64,000 nucleotides of DNA from IMG/VR virus record IMGVR_UViG_3300047320_000285, positions 62,001-126,000 of that record; one strand, written 5' to 3'. Shown in pieces: positions 28,560-37,898 of the stretch (positions are counted from its first letter, which is position 1; each line of letters starts with the position of its first letter). A model generated the notes under the pieces. The model saw nothing but the letters and a program-made list of their open reading frames with translations. It was not told the DNA's origin and searched no databases. Position numbers and translations under genes: made by a program.

Positions 28560-29282
28560 ATGAACGGCCGGGTTAAACGCATCGAACAAAACGTCCAAGG
28601 CCGTGACTTCGCCATTGGTGACATCCATGGGCATTTCAGCCGGGTTAAGCAAGTCTTGCAGTCCGTAGGATTCGATCCTGCGGTAGATCGATTGTTCTCA
28701 GTGGGCGATCTGGTGGATCGGGGGCCGGAGTCCGAGCAGTGCTTGGCGTGGCTCGACTACCCGTGGTTTCACGCCATCAAAGGCAACCATGAGGAACTGC
28801 TGGAAGCCTACACCTATGCCCAGATTAAGGGCGGCTACTACATGGAATGCGGGGGTGCGTGGCTGATCGGTAAGACCGAGGTCGAACGCATGGAATACGC
28901 GGTACGCTTCGCTGAGCTACCCTACCTGATGGAAGTCGAGACGACCCACGGTCCGGTCGGGCTAATTCACTCGAACGTGTTGCGCGATTCGTGGGAGTAC
29001 ACCAAGCAGCGCTTTCTCGGCTGTCAGGATCCCAAGGACTGGCAGACTATTCGCCAGATCTGTCTGTGGGAGCGGGAGCGCATCCTGCAGGAAGACCGTA
29101 CCGTGGTGGAAGATATCCGTGCCGTGGTGGTGGGTCACACCCCGTTGCCGCTCGCCACTGTACTGGGCAATGTGTATCACATCGACACCGGGGGCTGGCA
29201 CCGTGGCCATTTCACCTTACTCGATCTGACGACGTTGCAAACCGTACCACCGATGAAACCCAAGCTGGACTGGAGTAACTAG
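28560..29282 (+). CDS. Ser/Thr protein phosphatase (PphA/lambda NinI-like metallophosphoesterase)
   Basis: GDIHG, GDLVDRG, GNHE, H, VGHT and IDTG motifs all intact. Confidence 0.92.
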   Translation: MNGRVKRIEQNVQGRDFAIGDIHGHFSRVKQVLQSVGFDPAVDRLFSVGDLVDRGPESEQCLAWLDYPWFHAIKGNHEELLEAYTYAQIKGGYYMECGGAWLIGKTEVERMEYAVRFAELPYLMEVETTHGPVGLIHSNVLRDSWEYTKQRFLGCQDPKDWQTIRQICLWERERILQEDRTVVEDIRAVVVGHTPLPLATVLGNVYHIDTGGWHRGHFTLLDLTTLQTVPPMKPKLDWSN

Positions 29283-29291
29283 GAGAACAAG

Positions 29292-30035
29292 ATGAAACAA
29301 CGCTTTGCGCACTACGAGCGCAACAAGCATGGCCGTGATTTGGTGGTGGGCGACATTCAGGGTTACTTCGCTCGCCTGAAAGAAGAACTCAAGCGTATCC
29401 AGTTCAATCCGGAGAAGGATCGTCTGTTCTCCACTGGTGACATCGTCAACCGCGGCCCCGAATCGCACTGGTGTATCGAGTGGATGAACTACCCGTGGTT
29501 CCATCCGGTCACCGGTAACCACGAGCTGCGCGCGATCAACTACGGCTTTGGCTGGTGGAAAGACACGCAGGACTTTAACGAATGTGGCGGTCAGTGGATG
29601 ATCGACATGGCACCAGACGCGCGCAAGAAGTATGCGGAGCATCTGGATCAACTGCCGATCGCATTGGAAGTCGAGATGCCCAACGGCGACCTCAAAGGCG
29701 TGGTGCATTCGGAAGTGTACGCCAACGACTGGACCCGCATGCGCGAAGAGCTGGAAAGCCCCAAGCACGACAAGGAAATCTCCGCCGTGCGCAATCTGGC
29801 GATGTGGTCGAGGAAGAAGTTCGAGGGCGAGAACCCCGAGCACGTGGAGAACATCCACACGGTGTTCGTCGGCCACACCACGGTGCTGCGCCCGCGCATG
29901 CTGGGTAACGTGATGTATTGCGATACCGCAGGCTGGACCGAGAACGGCTACTTCGCGCTGATCGATATGGCGACGCTGGAATCCGATCCCCCGCCGACGA
30001 CGGCTTCGCACTGGGCGCGAGGTGCGCATGCTTAG
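29292..30035 (+). CDS. second PphA-like metallophosphoesterase with altered active-site motifs
   Basis: GDIQG, GDIVNRG, GNHE, VGHT, CDTAG. Confidence 0.85.
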   Translation: MKQRFAHYERNKHGRDLVVGDIQGYFARLKEELKRIQFNPEKDRLFSTGDIVNRGPESHWCIEWMNYPWFHPVTGNHELRAINYGFGWWKDTQDFNECGGQWMIDMAPDARKKYAEHLDQLPIALEVEMPNGDLKGVVHSEVYANDWTRMREELESPKHDKEISAVRNLAMWSRKKFEGENPEHVENIHTVFVGHTTVLRPRMLGNVMYCDTAGWTENGYFALIDMATLESDPPPTTASHWARGAHA

Positions 30036-30513
30036 CAGAAAAGTTAAAGCGCGGATTCGGTACAACAAGGTCAAACGGCTACATCGTCTCTATCCGGAGC
30101 GGTTGCCGAAGATCTTCATCTACTCGGAGCGTGGTCCAACGAGTCCAGTAACTTACACCAACGCCTATCACATCCAAGCCATGCGGGTGGAACGCAATGA
30201 AGAAATCTGGGCGATCATGCAGTTACCGAAGGCGATCGACTATCCGGGTCTGCGTGGTCGTCCGTCGTGGGAGAACCATCCGCTGAATTTCGGGCGGCCG
30301 GCTTGGAAGCCAGAACTCAAGATGCTGCTGTGGGAGAATGGTCGACCCTCATGGTCATCATCAGGTACGCGTGAGTTGAAGGTCGTGCCTCGCCATCATC
30401 ACCACCACTGGCCTGATTGGGCGTACGAAATCCCGTTCGATGGACTGACACCAATTCGGGTTTCCAGCGAAGGCGTGTACTTCCCGGCCCTTAATAAGGA
30501 ACGCAATACGTAA
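30022..30513 (+). CDS. hypothetical basic protein
   Basis: ORF track; GAGGTG RBS. Confidence 0.6.
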   Translation: MRMLSRKVKARIRYNKVKRLHRLYPERLPKIFIYSERGPTSPVTYTNAYHIQAMRVERNEEIWAIMQLPKAIDYPGLRGRPSWENHPLNFGRPAWKPELKMLLWENGRPSWSSSGTRELKVVPRHHHHHWPDWAYEIPFDGLTPIRVSSEGVYFPALNKERNT

Positions 30514-30845
30514 TGGCACAACGACGCTACGGGAGGAGCGGTGGCAAGCTCCTCAAACTCTGGATGCTGGAGCCAGAGGCACGCTTTAAAGAAACCATGG
30601 ATGAGGACTCCGACGAGAACAAATGGAATCCATGGAACTGGGCCGGTGGCTGTGCCGTGAAATTGCTGATACGGGCCTACACCGAAGAAGATGCGCGCGC
30701 ATTTGCCCAGCAGGCCGCGGGTGATGAACAAGATCATGCGCCAGAAGGAGTACAGGTCTGGCTCTCCCCCCAATACACCAGCTGCGTCGAGGTGATGAAG
30801 TACGGCACGCTCGGCGTTGTGCTGCGTCAAAGGCTACCTGACTAA
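30513..30845 (+). CDS. hypothetical protein
   Basis: TAATG coupling, AAGGA RBS. Confidence 0.7.
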   Translation: MAQRRYGRSGGKLLKLWMLEPEARFKETMDEDSDENKWNPWNWAGGCAVKLLIRAYTEEDARAFAQQAAGDEQDHAPEGVQVWLSPQYTSCVEVMKYGTLGVVLRQRLPD

Positions 30846-30846
30846 G

Positions 30847-31320
30847 ATGCGATTTCCTGAAACAAAAATAAGAGGTACGCCGGAGCTGATGATGAAGTAC
30901 CGGCGTCGATCCAAGCGTCATAAGCCCGACCGTTACGAACGCGAGCTGAGTAAGGTCGATAAAGAAGCCGGTATGCGTGGCTTGCATTGGTTCCGTTCTA
31001 AAGACGTGCCGGACAAGACCGGCCGCGGGCGGCGAGTTCGCATCAAGCAGTCGCGCTGCCTGCGTCCTAAAATGGCCAAGCGGGCGAAGTATCCGCACCA
31101 ACGCTTCTGGGCCAGTCGAACCTTCACCGTCTCGTGGGTGGAATCCTATCCGTCCAGTGTGATCAACATGTTCAAAGGCTGGATCGACGCCTTGGTGGCA
31201 CCACCAGCACCGGAACCCGGTCAGCTCTATCCGGTGGCTGTGGATGGTCTCACACCGGATACGAACAAAGCCACCGTCGAGTGGTCGATGAGTTACGGCA
31301 ACCCGAACACGTTGCACTGA
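30847..31320 (+). CDS. hypothetical basic protein
   Basis: ATG immediately after the upstream stop. Confidence 0.6.
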   Translation: MRFPETKIRGTPELMMKYRRRSKRHKPDRYERELSKVDKEAGMRGLHWFRSKDVPDKTGRGRRVRIKQSRCLRPKMAKRAKYPHQRFWASRTFTVSWVESYPSSVINMFKGWIDALVAPPAPEPGQLYPVAVDGLTPDTNKATVEWSMSYGNPNTLH

Positions 31321-31338
31321 TACAAAAAGATTGGGCGA

Positions 31339-31346
31339 CATATTAC
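31339..31346 (+). promoter_or_regulatory. early promoter-like motif CATATTAC
   Basis: One mismatch to TATATTAC, intergenic. Confidence 0.5.
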
Positions 31347-31390
31347 TCAAATGTAGTCCAATCCGAACACTTCCTTATACTGGAGTCACA

Positions 31391-31768
31391 ATGCCACATG
31401 AAAATCGTGTCTATCTGAGCTGGCGGGGTCTGCCGCTCCTTTATGTCGCTGAGCCGCTGGGCAAGTCCGTGCTCACGCTGGAGAACTACACCAAGTGGTA
31501 TCGGGTGCAGCTGGTGATGCCTGATGGTTCGGTGCAAGACGTGGAGTCTGGTAAGATACTGGAAGCCAACGATAAGATCTCCATCCACGGTTGGATGGAT
31601 CATCTGTACCATCCGAAGCTCCTGATTCAGCTGGCCAAGGATCTCGATGCGTGGACCGACGAACGGGCACTGGAAGCCGCAGGCGGCCGTTGGTTGCGTG
31701 AGCACGATGGCTTCCATGAACTTATCAAGCTCTATCCAGAGCTGGACTTCACCGGGGAGAATGACTGA
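31391..31768 (+). CDS. hypothetical protein
   Basis: CCTTATACTGGAG leader and RBS. Confidence 0.75.
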   Translation: MPHENRVYLSWRGLPLLYVAEPLGKSVLTLENYTKWYRVQLVMPDGSVQDVESGKILEANDKISIHGWMDHLYHPKLLIQLAKDLDAWTDERALEAAGGRWLREHDGFHELIKLYPELDFTGEND

Positions 31769-32100
31769 TGGCTCTTGAACTCCAGACCCTCGCGCGAGAC
31801 GAAGCCGCTAATCAGTGGGTCGAGAGTAACGTCTCGAGTTCTCTCGCCGAGAAGCTACGTAGCTGGGCACGTGGTATGCTCGACAAGTACGACGCTGATG
31901 ATCAGGCGCAAGTGGGTGTGTTGCTCACCGAACCGTGCCGACCGTTTGACTCGCAACAAGGTGTGCTCCCTTCGCGTGCGCATATCTACGCGTTGATTTT
32001 CACGTGGGACGACGGGCGTGAGCAAAAAGTACTGCGAGCAGCGCTGTACGTGAATGACGCCAACGAGATCATCGATTTCGTTCCTGTCGATAAGGAGTAA
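31768..32100 (+). CDS. hypothetical protein
   Basis: TGATG coupling, GGGGAG RBS. Confidence 0.75.
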   Translation: MALELQTLARDEAANQWVESNVSSSLAEKLRSWARGMLDKYDADDQAQVGVLLTEPCRPFDSQQGVLPSRAHIYALIFTWDDGREQKVLRAALYVNDANEIIDFVPVDKE

Positions 32101-32105
32101 GCGTC

Positions 32106-32471
32106 ATGGGTCGCAGACTTCGTCGGGCGTATGTGAATTACATCGCCGACCCTCATGCCGTGAAGGCCTTCGTGGAAAGTCACCAAGTGCGCGGCACGAA
32201 CCTGCAAAGCGAGATCAGTACGTTCGTGCAAAGCAACCTGAATGACTGGAGTAACCGTCCGCATCTGAAGGTCGCCTCTGGTTTGTCGGGTCCGCATCAG
32301 GTGGAGATCAGTGGTCAGCGTACCAAGGTCTATCGTTTTAGCATGGATCTGTTGGCGCCTGCCCGGGCCGACAAACTGGTGCCGGATACGCTGGAAAAGC
32401 GTGAGCTGTATTTCTCCACCAATGACCGCGGGCAACTCGTTGACGTGATCCGGGAGACTTTGGAAAGCTAA
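32106..32471 (+). CDS. hypothetical protein
   Basis: RBS AAGGAG. Confidence 0.75.
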   Translation: MGRRLRRAYVNYIADPHAVKAFVESHQVRGTNLQSEISTFVQSNLNDWSNRPHLKVASGLSGPHQVEISGQRTKVYRFSMDLLAPARADKLVPDTLEKRELYFSTNDRGQLVDVIRETLES

Positions 32472-33190
32472 TTGACGTGCGGGAAGGTCCCGTTGGTGAT
32501 GGCTGCCTGCAGTCGGGCAATGACCTCCGTGATCGCGTGATCGGCTTGGCTATTACCACCCGGCCACGCAGCAGGTTGGATCATTTCGACCTGCTGCTCT
32601 TGCAGGAACAGCGTGATTCCCATCGCGCCGTGGACGTAACCTTGACGCGGAGGCCAGTTGAAAAAGACGTCTCCCCCGCACACGGTCTGAACGGCATGCG
32701 CCAACTCTGCGCGATAGGCATCCCAGTATTCTTGGGTGCCACACAACGGCGGCTCGAACGCATACAGGTCACCGATGCGCTCAGATCCCAGATAGATTGG
32801 CGTGAGTAACGTACGTTCAGCACCCAGCGAGTGACCCTCGACGTTGATGATCACGCCGGCCGGAATGGTCTTCAGGACCCAGTTCCAGAAGTCCTGCATG
32901 CCTTGGTTCACACCAGCCGGGACCACGCCACCCTTTGGAGCTTTGGAGGGCGCCAGCCAGACGTCATCAAGGATGTCGATGTTACCGCCTTGGGAGAAGC
33001 GCGTGCCAGCAATGCTCAGATACCAGAGACCTTTGGCGTCTTTGGAGATCACAGCTTGATGGGTGAGATTCTGGTATTGGTCCACCAGTATCATGTCGAG
33101 CGCAGCAAAAGCCGCAGTCGCAGCGATGCGGTCCATCACATACGCAGCATTGGAACGTTGTGCTGCGTTTAAAGTCGCAAGGGGATTCAT
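32468..33190 (-). CDS. class 3 lipase-like alpha/beta hydrolase
   Basis: SIAGT, GHSLGA nucleophile elbow, AFEPP, D, C-terminal DH; AAGGA RBS before ATG 33190. Confidence 0.8.
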   Translation of the reverse strand: MNPLATLNAAQRSNAAYVMDRIAATAAFAALDMILVDQYQNLTHQAVISKDAKGLWYLSIAGTRFSQGGNIDILDDVWLAPSKAPKGGVVPAGVNQGMQDFWNWVLKTIPAGVIINVEGHSLGAERTLLTPIYLGSERIGDLYAFEPPLCGTQEYWDAYRAELAHAVQTVCGGDVFFNWPPRQGYVHGAMGITLFLQEQQVEMIQPAAWPGGNSQADHAITEVIARLQAAITNGTFPHVN

Positions 33191-33235
33191 GAGGATTCCT
33201 TTGTTAGTTAAAACATCATAGCAAGGATAACAATA

Positions 33236-33775
33236 ATGGCAACGAAAGCAGGCCGGGTCGAACTCAAGGACATCAAGGCTGGCAAGACATTCTGGAAAGC
33301 AGTGATCGATCCGGTGACCGGTAAGCGCTCGGCGTCGGCCATCCAGATCATCGATGGCATCCAGCTCGGACGTTTCAAACGCCCAGACCAAACACCCGTC
33401 GCCATGTGGTGGTATGGGCAACGCAGCCTTGACCCGCAAACCGGTCAGACCCTCAAAGCGCGCGTCGTGTGTGATCCGATGTGGAGTCCGCGCAACGAAC
33501 AGGACGAACCGATCTTCGACAAGCTGTTTGTCAATCGGGCGGCGGTGATGCGTTGGATCAAGCGCTACGAAAGCAACCGCATCACCACGCTGTGCGAAGA
33601 CCGTCGGGTGTTCGACTGTGGGGATCGTCCGTTGCGTACAGTCGCACGCACTCAGCCCGATCAACTGGATCTGGAGCAGCTGCCCGATCACCGTTTCCAA
33701 CACGCTGAGATCGCCTTCGCCAAGCACTACGGCGTCCCACGCTCGGCGAAGCTCAACGAAACCCCGCACGGTTAA
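33236..33775 (+). CDS. hypothetical protein (paralog pair member 1)
   Basis: AAGGA RBS; MATKAGRVELKDIKAGK. Confidence 0.75.
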   Translation: MATKAGRVELKDIKAGKTFWKAVIDPVTGKRSASAIQIIDGIQLGRFKRPDQTPVAMWWYGQRSLDPQTGQTLKARVVCDPMWSPRNEQDEPIFDKLFVNRAAVMRWIKRYESNRITTLCEDRRVFDCGDRPLRTVARTQPDQLDLEQLPDHRFQHAEIAFAKHYGVPRSAKLNETPHG

Positions 33776-33784
33776 GGAGTTACG

Positions 33785-34636
33785 ATGCCAACCAAAGCAG
33801 GCCGTCTTCGCATTGAAGACATTCGGGTCGGCCGAGTGATCTACGACGTCGGCATTGACTGGTCGACCTTCTCGGCGTTTGCTCGTCCGCTGAAGATCGT
33901 CGCATGGGCCCCGCACAGCTACAACGCGGGTCGGGACATCATGTTCACCACGCTCGAACCGGAAGGTAACTACCACGGTTTCCATTCGCGTCGCAACATT
34001 ACGCAGTGTGGATTCTACGGTACGTTCGATCAGGGTCGACCCGATTCGGAAATCATCGAACGCGAATCCACACCGATCAACTTCTTCGTCAACAAGCGGG
34101 CCGCAGAACGCTATATGGACCGTATGCTGGCTGACGGGACGTGGCCGTGGGAAAGACCTGCCGCGTTCGAAGCGTACGGTTACAAGCCCGTTAAACCGCG
34201 CCCGACGCCGGAGAATATCGGACCGGCCGCGCAGCGGGAAGTCGAAGCGATCTGGGGTCGGATCAATACCGAGCTGGCTGGCTCGCCGCTGACCGGGTTT
34301 TCGAATAAGGAACTCGTCTCGGTGATCGATCGCTACATCACCAAGCTGCTCAAGACCGATGCCAAGGGTCCGGTGATCACCATCGAGAGCTGGAAGCAGG
34401 AACCGGATGGTTCAGTCTCGTTCACGGTGACAGGTCCGCCTGAAGTGGTCGCAAGTATGCGAGCAGCTCAGCAACAGGCGGCCAGCATTGGCGTGGCCAA
34501 GGACCTCGAAGGTGACACGATACGTGAATCGTTCTCGGCACTCGACTCGCTCAGACGCCAGTTAATCGGCACACGTCACGAGTACGGCATAGAGCCCTCG
34601 CCCGAAGGCGAGGGCTCGGTCAAAGCTGGCGAGTAA
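33785..34636 (+). CDS. hypothetical protein (paralog pair member 2)
   Basis: AAGGAG RBS; MPTKAGRLRIEDIRVGR. Confidence 0.75.
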   Translation: MPTKAGRLRIEDIRVGRVIYDVGIDWSTFSAFARPLKIVAWAPHSYNAGRDIMFTTLEPEGNYHGFHSRRNITQCGFYGTFDQGRPDSEIIERESTPINFFVNKRAAERYMDRMLADGTWPWERPAAFEAYGYKPVKPRPTPENIGPAAQREVEAIWGRINTELAGSPLTGFSNKELVSVIDRYITKLLKTDAKGPVITIESWKQEPDGSVSFTVTGPPEVVASMRAAQQQAASIGVAKDLEGDTIRESFSALDSLRRQLIGTRHEYGIEPSPEGEGSVKAGE

Positions 34637-35321
34637 GGTTGGCGTAGGCGCCGTTCACGATATTGAAGCTGATCTGAATGGCGCCGTCCAGACAGCCTTG
34701 GTCCGTGCCGCCGGTACCGATACCCGTGGAGAGCGTCCCACGGTTGGCTTCGAAGGTCGCAGCCGAACCCTTCTGGCCCAGCAACATGTAGGCGCTTCGG
34801 TACGCGAAGTTGGCGTTCTGAAATACACCTGCGGTCGCACCAATGGACAGAATGGCGTTCACTGCAGCAGACAGGATCGGTGCCTTCATGATGCCAGCCT
34901 GCGGTTCATCGAAGGTGGTGAGCAGGAACAACTGACCCGTCGCCATCCCCGCGATGTCGGCGGCGAGTTGCGCGGAGCCGAACGCTGTGGAGGTGGGCGC
35001 ACCACCTGAAGATTCTCCAAACAAGTCATAGCCACGTGAGAAGGTCACGTTGCCGTACTTGTCAAAGAAGTTCAGGTTGTAGGAACGAAACGCAGTGAAG
35101 GTCTGCGTAGCGTTCTTCCACAAACCCTGCTTGGATCCGGTCACCTGATTCTGCAGCAGACCGAGCGAATACGCGACGAAGTCATTGTCGCCATGATACT
35201 GGGTCCACACACCCCCGACGTTACGCATCAGTCGGCGGACTTTGGTCCACGTGCCATTCACGTTCACCCAGACGTGCTTGACAATGGTCCATGTCCCGTT
35301 GACATTCTTGTAGGCCGGCAT
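34620..35321 (-). CDS. tail-fibre-associated protein with ILEI/PANDER-like domain
   Basis: Three N-terminal NV(N/G)G(T/V)WT repeats; RSYNL..., TFDEP and F.YRSAYMLLGQKG motifs. Confidence 0.65.
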   Translation of the reverse strand: MPAYKNVNGTWTIVKHVWVNVNGTWTKVRRLMRNVGGVWTQYHGDNDFVAYSLGLLQNQVTGSKQGLWKNATQTFTAFRSYNLNFFDKYGNVTFSRGYDLFGESSGGAPTSTAFGSAQLAADIAGMATGQLFLLTTFDEPQAGIMKAPILSAAVNAILSIGATAGVFQNANFAYRSAYMLLGQKGSAATFEANRGTLSTGIGTGGTDQGCLDGAIQISFNIVNGAYANLTRQL

Positions 35322-35323
35322 GG

Positions 35324-35824
35324 TTACACCTGATACCAGACGTCGCCGTTCTTACCACCCGACGGATTGGCTGAGGATACCGTCGTGGTGGGTCCGATCT
35401 GGCCAGTGCCAGCGATGGCGTTGTAAGAGGCGCCGTCGTGCTCCAGTACGAGGGTGGCGTTCGGTGGCAACACAACCGAAGTCGCGGCACCAGTAGCGTA
35501 GGCGGTGTTCAGACTCGCCGCCGTCAAGGTCCAGTTGTGCGTCGACGAGTTGAAAAACTTAAGCATCTTACCGATATTGGACGGCGACGCCGCCGGCAAC
35601 GCGCTCGAAATGTCAGCAGCCAATCCTCCGGCGGTCTGGTAGGTGTAACCAAACACGTCGGTGGTGCTGTTGGCGGGGTTCTTAAGCGCACCCGACGCAG
35701 ATACCACGACGAGTCCACGATCGTTGCCAGCCATAGCTTCGAGGCCGGCGTTCTTGCTGACGAGCGTGGTACCCACACCTTCGACTGCGACGTTAAGCGC
35801 ATCGAGTTGATTTTGAAGTGACAT
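35324..35824 (-). CDS. short tail-fibre-like protein
   Basis: MSLQNQLDALNVAVEGVGT N-terminus shared with 13054; ends VSSANPSGGKNGDVWYQV. Confidence 0.7.
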   Translation of the reverse strand: MSLQNQLDALNVAVEGVGTTLVSKNAGLEAMAGNDRGLVVVSASGALKNPANSTTDVFGYTYQTAGGLAADISSALPAASPSNIGKMLKFFNSSTHNWTLTAASLNTAYATGAATSVVLPPNATLVLEHDGASYNAIAGTGQIGPTTTVSSANPSGGKNGDVWYQV

Positions 35825-35892
35825 GAATAACCCCGAAACTTGGATGAACGAATCATACAATGCGGGCTTTATACAACAAGGAGAAAGTGGTA

Positions 35893-36717
35893 ATGCAGAA
35901 GCTTAACACACTGACCCAGACTGATCTGACGCTCGACGGTATTCTCAGCATCATTCGCGATACGGCCGCGATTGCTTTGCCCGAAGTGATCGACGCCATC
36001 ACGATGTTTATTCTGAAGGCGCATGACCCGGTACGCCCCGAAGTCGAGGATCTGCCGTCCACGCCGTGGATTGTACTGAAGGAACTCATCCATCCGAACA
36101 AGTACGTCGACATCGGGGACCAGCGTTTCTACCGTGGTTTCGCTATTCTCGCTGGCCGTGGCAAACATCTGTACGCCATGACCCGTGAAGAAGAAGATGA
36201 CTTCCTCGCCCGTGACGGGGTGGCGTGTTTCTTGCCGATCATTAACAACAAGATCTACGCGCTGGTACATGGGGTGCCGCTAGTCAAGTCGATACCGAAG
36301 GCTACCTTCGCGCGGCCCGATGCCCCGCATGACGCGATCCGCATTACGATTGAAGGGCCGGAGTATCACTGGTCCGACAAGAACCTCGCCAGCTTGCTGA
36401 TTTTCCAGTCGTTGGTCGGCGCAGGTTATCGCGATGTCACGCATCGGTCGTCGGACTTCCCCTCGGAAGCCTACCACGCTGGTTTCCGGGATCCGCTGGG
36501 GCTGGTCCAACAGCTGGAACAAAGCGACCGAGCGGCACGTCTCGCAGGTTCACTCCAGCATGCGCTGCGTAGCCGCAAGGTGATCATCGACCAGTTGCCC
36601 AACGTAGATGAGAATGGCGAAGCCAAGACCACACTCACCTACAAGGACGGCAAGCAAGTCGGCATCGGTGGTGGGGCGTTCTGGGATCGCCAACCGAAAG
36701 AAACCATGGCGGGCTGA
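35893..36717 (+). CDS. hypothetical protein
   Basis: AAGGAG RBS. Confidence 0.75.
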   Translation: MQKLNTLTQTDLTLDGILSIIRDTAAIALPEVIDAITMFILKAHDPVRPEVEDLPSTPWIVLKELIHPNKYVDIGDQRFYRGFAILAGRGKHLYAMTREEEDDFLARDGVACFLPIINNKIYALVHGVPLVKSIPKATFARPDAPHDAIRITIEGPEYHWSDKNLASLLIFQSLVGAGYRDVTHRSSDFPSEAYHAGFRDPLGLVQQLEQSDRAARLAGSLQHALRSRKVIIDQLPNVDENGEAKTTLTYKDGKQVGIGGGAFWDRQPKETMAG

Positions 36718-36721
36718 CAGC

Positions 36722-37123
36722 ATGACTGATGAAAATCGCCGATACGTCAACGGAGAACTGGTCGAGCTGATTATCAAACTCAGCTGCTGGTCGCCTAAGG
36801 CCAAGGTGTTCTATTCGATCAATCAGTGGTTGACCAAAGCCGTGGGGGTTATTTCCAACGTCTTGGGCAGCGAGGACTATCCGTCGTGGGCACAGGTGAC
36901 CTTGATTCGGCCTGAAGACGGCATGGCGGTCCAGATCAACGGGCAGCTATTCGCAGCCGGTATCAAGCTCTCAGCAGGACGCGGGCCATACACGGGGGAT
37001 CTACCGGCCGAGTACCATGACCAGCTGCCGACCACGGAGCAGTGTTGCTTTATTCCGTTTGTCGAAGACACCCTCGGGGTCCTCGTCGAGGGTACCCCAG
37101 CGATGGAGAAGCTGACGGTTTAA
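36722..37123 (+). CDS. hypothetical protein
   Basis: ATG just after the upstream stop. Confidence 0.65.
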   Translation: MTDENRRYVNGELVELIIKLSCWSPKAKVFYSINQWLTKAVGVISNVLGSEDYPSWAQVTLIRPEDGMAVQINGQLFAAGIKLSAGRGPYTGDLPAEYHDQLPTTEQCCFIPFVEDTLGVLVEGTPAMEKLTV

Positions 37124-37152
37124 TCTTGTGTGATTAACACAGGAGAGCAGCA

Positions 37153-37578
37153 ATGCCATCAGGCAACGGGATGTGGCAGTTTGTGGCAACGGATGGGACG
37201 CTCTATCCGACCACGCAGGATGACAAGTACGACATCCTGTTGCAGTATTCAGTAGACCCCACGTCCATGGAGGATTACTTCTGGAGTGGCTGGGATAAGT
37301 ATATGGACAGCGCGGTGGCCTTCTTTAAGGTGGCTGATCGGTCCCAGTTGCTGCTCTATTACTACAGCGATGTGGCGGGCACGATCCGTCTCATTGCAAC
37401 GCCGGTGGCACTGGACATCAACAACCAGTGGCAACCATGGCGGTATGAATGGGCGCTCTACTGTGAGCTGGACACGGGCCTCATTACCAGCGCGTCGCTG
37501 ATCATGAAGACCAAGCATCGGTTTCAAAGCGTTGCACCGATCTCACGGCTTCCGAGACAGCCGTGGGTGGATACCTAA
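37153..37578 (+). CDS. hypothetical protein
   Basis: AGGAG RBS. Confidence 0.75.
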   Translation: MPSGNGMWQFVATDGTLYPTTQDDKYDILLQYSVDPTSMEDYFWSGWDKYMDSAVAFFKVADRSQLLLYYYSDVAGTIRLIATPVALDINNQWQPWRYEWALYCELDTGLITSASLIMKTKHRFQSVAPISRLPRQPWVDT

Positions 37579-37582
37579 GCCC

Positions 37583-37614
37583 GTACGCCCCACCTTCGGG
37601 TGGGGTCGTATGCC
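37583..37614 (+). terminator. hairpin + TATGCC terminator-like element
   Basis: CCCCACC-TTCG-GGTGGGG followed by TCGTATGCC. Confidence 0.75.
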
Positions 37615-37898
37615 CTCTGTAAGAAAATGCAAGGAGCATAAGAAAAGCAATATTTACAGGGTCGATGTAAGGTATGGAGAGTCGTGAGACTGACCCAAAA
37701 GAAAAAGATGGGAACAAAGTTAGGGAAGGGTACCGGGAATCCAATTAGACCAAATTGATAACTATAGTACATATACAACCCACCGTGGGTTGCGGGGTCA
37801 TTGTAGGGCACGACGGAGGTGAGGAGGAACAAAACGCCAACGTTTTGCCGTTTCTCGAAACTGAAAAAGAAGAAAATTTATCAAATAAGGATTCTATC

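Noticed and set aside
33191-33985. N-terminal 264 aa of the 505-aa ORF 32468..33985 (-)
   Set aside because: Overlaps two well-supported + strand genes; the lipase has its own RBS and ATG at 33190.
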